64,000 nt of DNA, from assembly GCA_002633005.1 (NCBI GenBank), contig NMRA01000009.1:30923-94922 (forward strand). Direction: 5' to 3'. Positions 63,963 through 64,000 of the stretch are shown here, one piece after another. This DNA is from Phoronis australis. Lineage: Eukaryota; Animalia; Phoronida. The position numbers and the translations under genes were made by a program. Numbering within the stretch: the first letter of the stretch is position 1; each line of letters opens with the position of its first letter. Under the pieces are notes generated by a model. The model worked only from the letters and a program-made list of their open reading frames with translations, did no database searches and was not told the DNA's origin.

Positions 63963-64000
63963 CCAAATAAAGCAAAATTTCATTAATTTGGGGCACAGAT

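Noticed and set aside
63604-63996. Hydrophobic 130-aa and basic 99-aa ORFs
   Set aside because: Translations of a 27-bp minisatellite
59007-64000. Further upstream TCF exons
   Set aside because: No recognisable TCF coding sequence found; the region appears intronic

Overview
Eukaryotic (metazoan, most likely lophotrochozoan invertebrate) genomic DNA: AT-rich, intron-rich, repeat-rich, with two assembly gaps. Manual splicing of GT-AG exons gives four genes. (1) The 3' part of an atypical ADAMTS-family metalloprotease gene (+, 8 exons, 475-7337). It lacks the disintegrin-like domain, has Asp at the third zinc-ligand position, and ends right after the spacer domain. (2) An orphan basic ~260-aa gene (+, 14966-15837). 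(3) A complete 10-exon family I soluble inorganic pyrophosphatase (-, 41631-17244) with two in-frame ATGs, giving a putative mitochondrial form and a cytosolic form. (4) The 3' two-thirds of TCF/LEF (pangolin) (-, 59006-47966) with HMG box, basic tail and C-clamp, plus candidate cassette exons resembling the vertebrate TCF7L2 C-terminal splicing module. Introns and intergenic DNA hold many minisatellites, MITEs (several nested), a hairpin-ended Crypton-like element, HERO-type non-LTR fragments, a solo LTR, and tandem duplications that span splice junctions. All calls were made by eye; no database searches were run.
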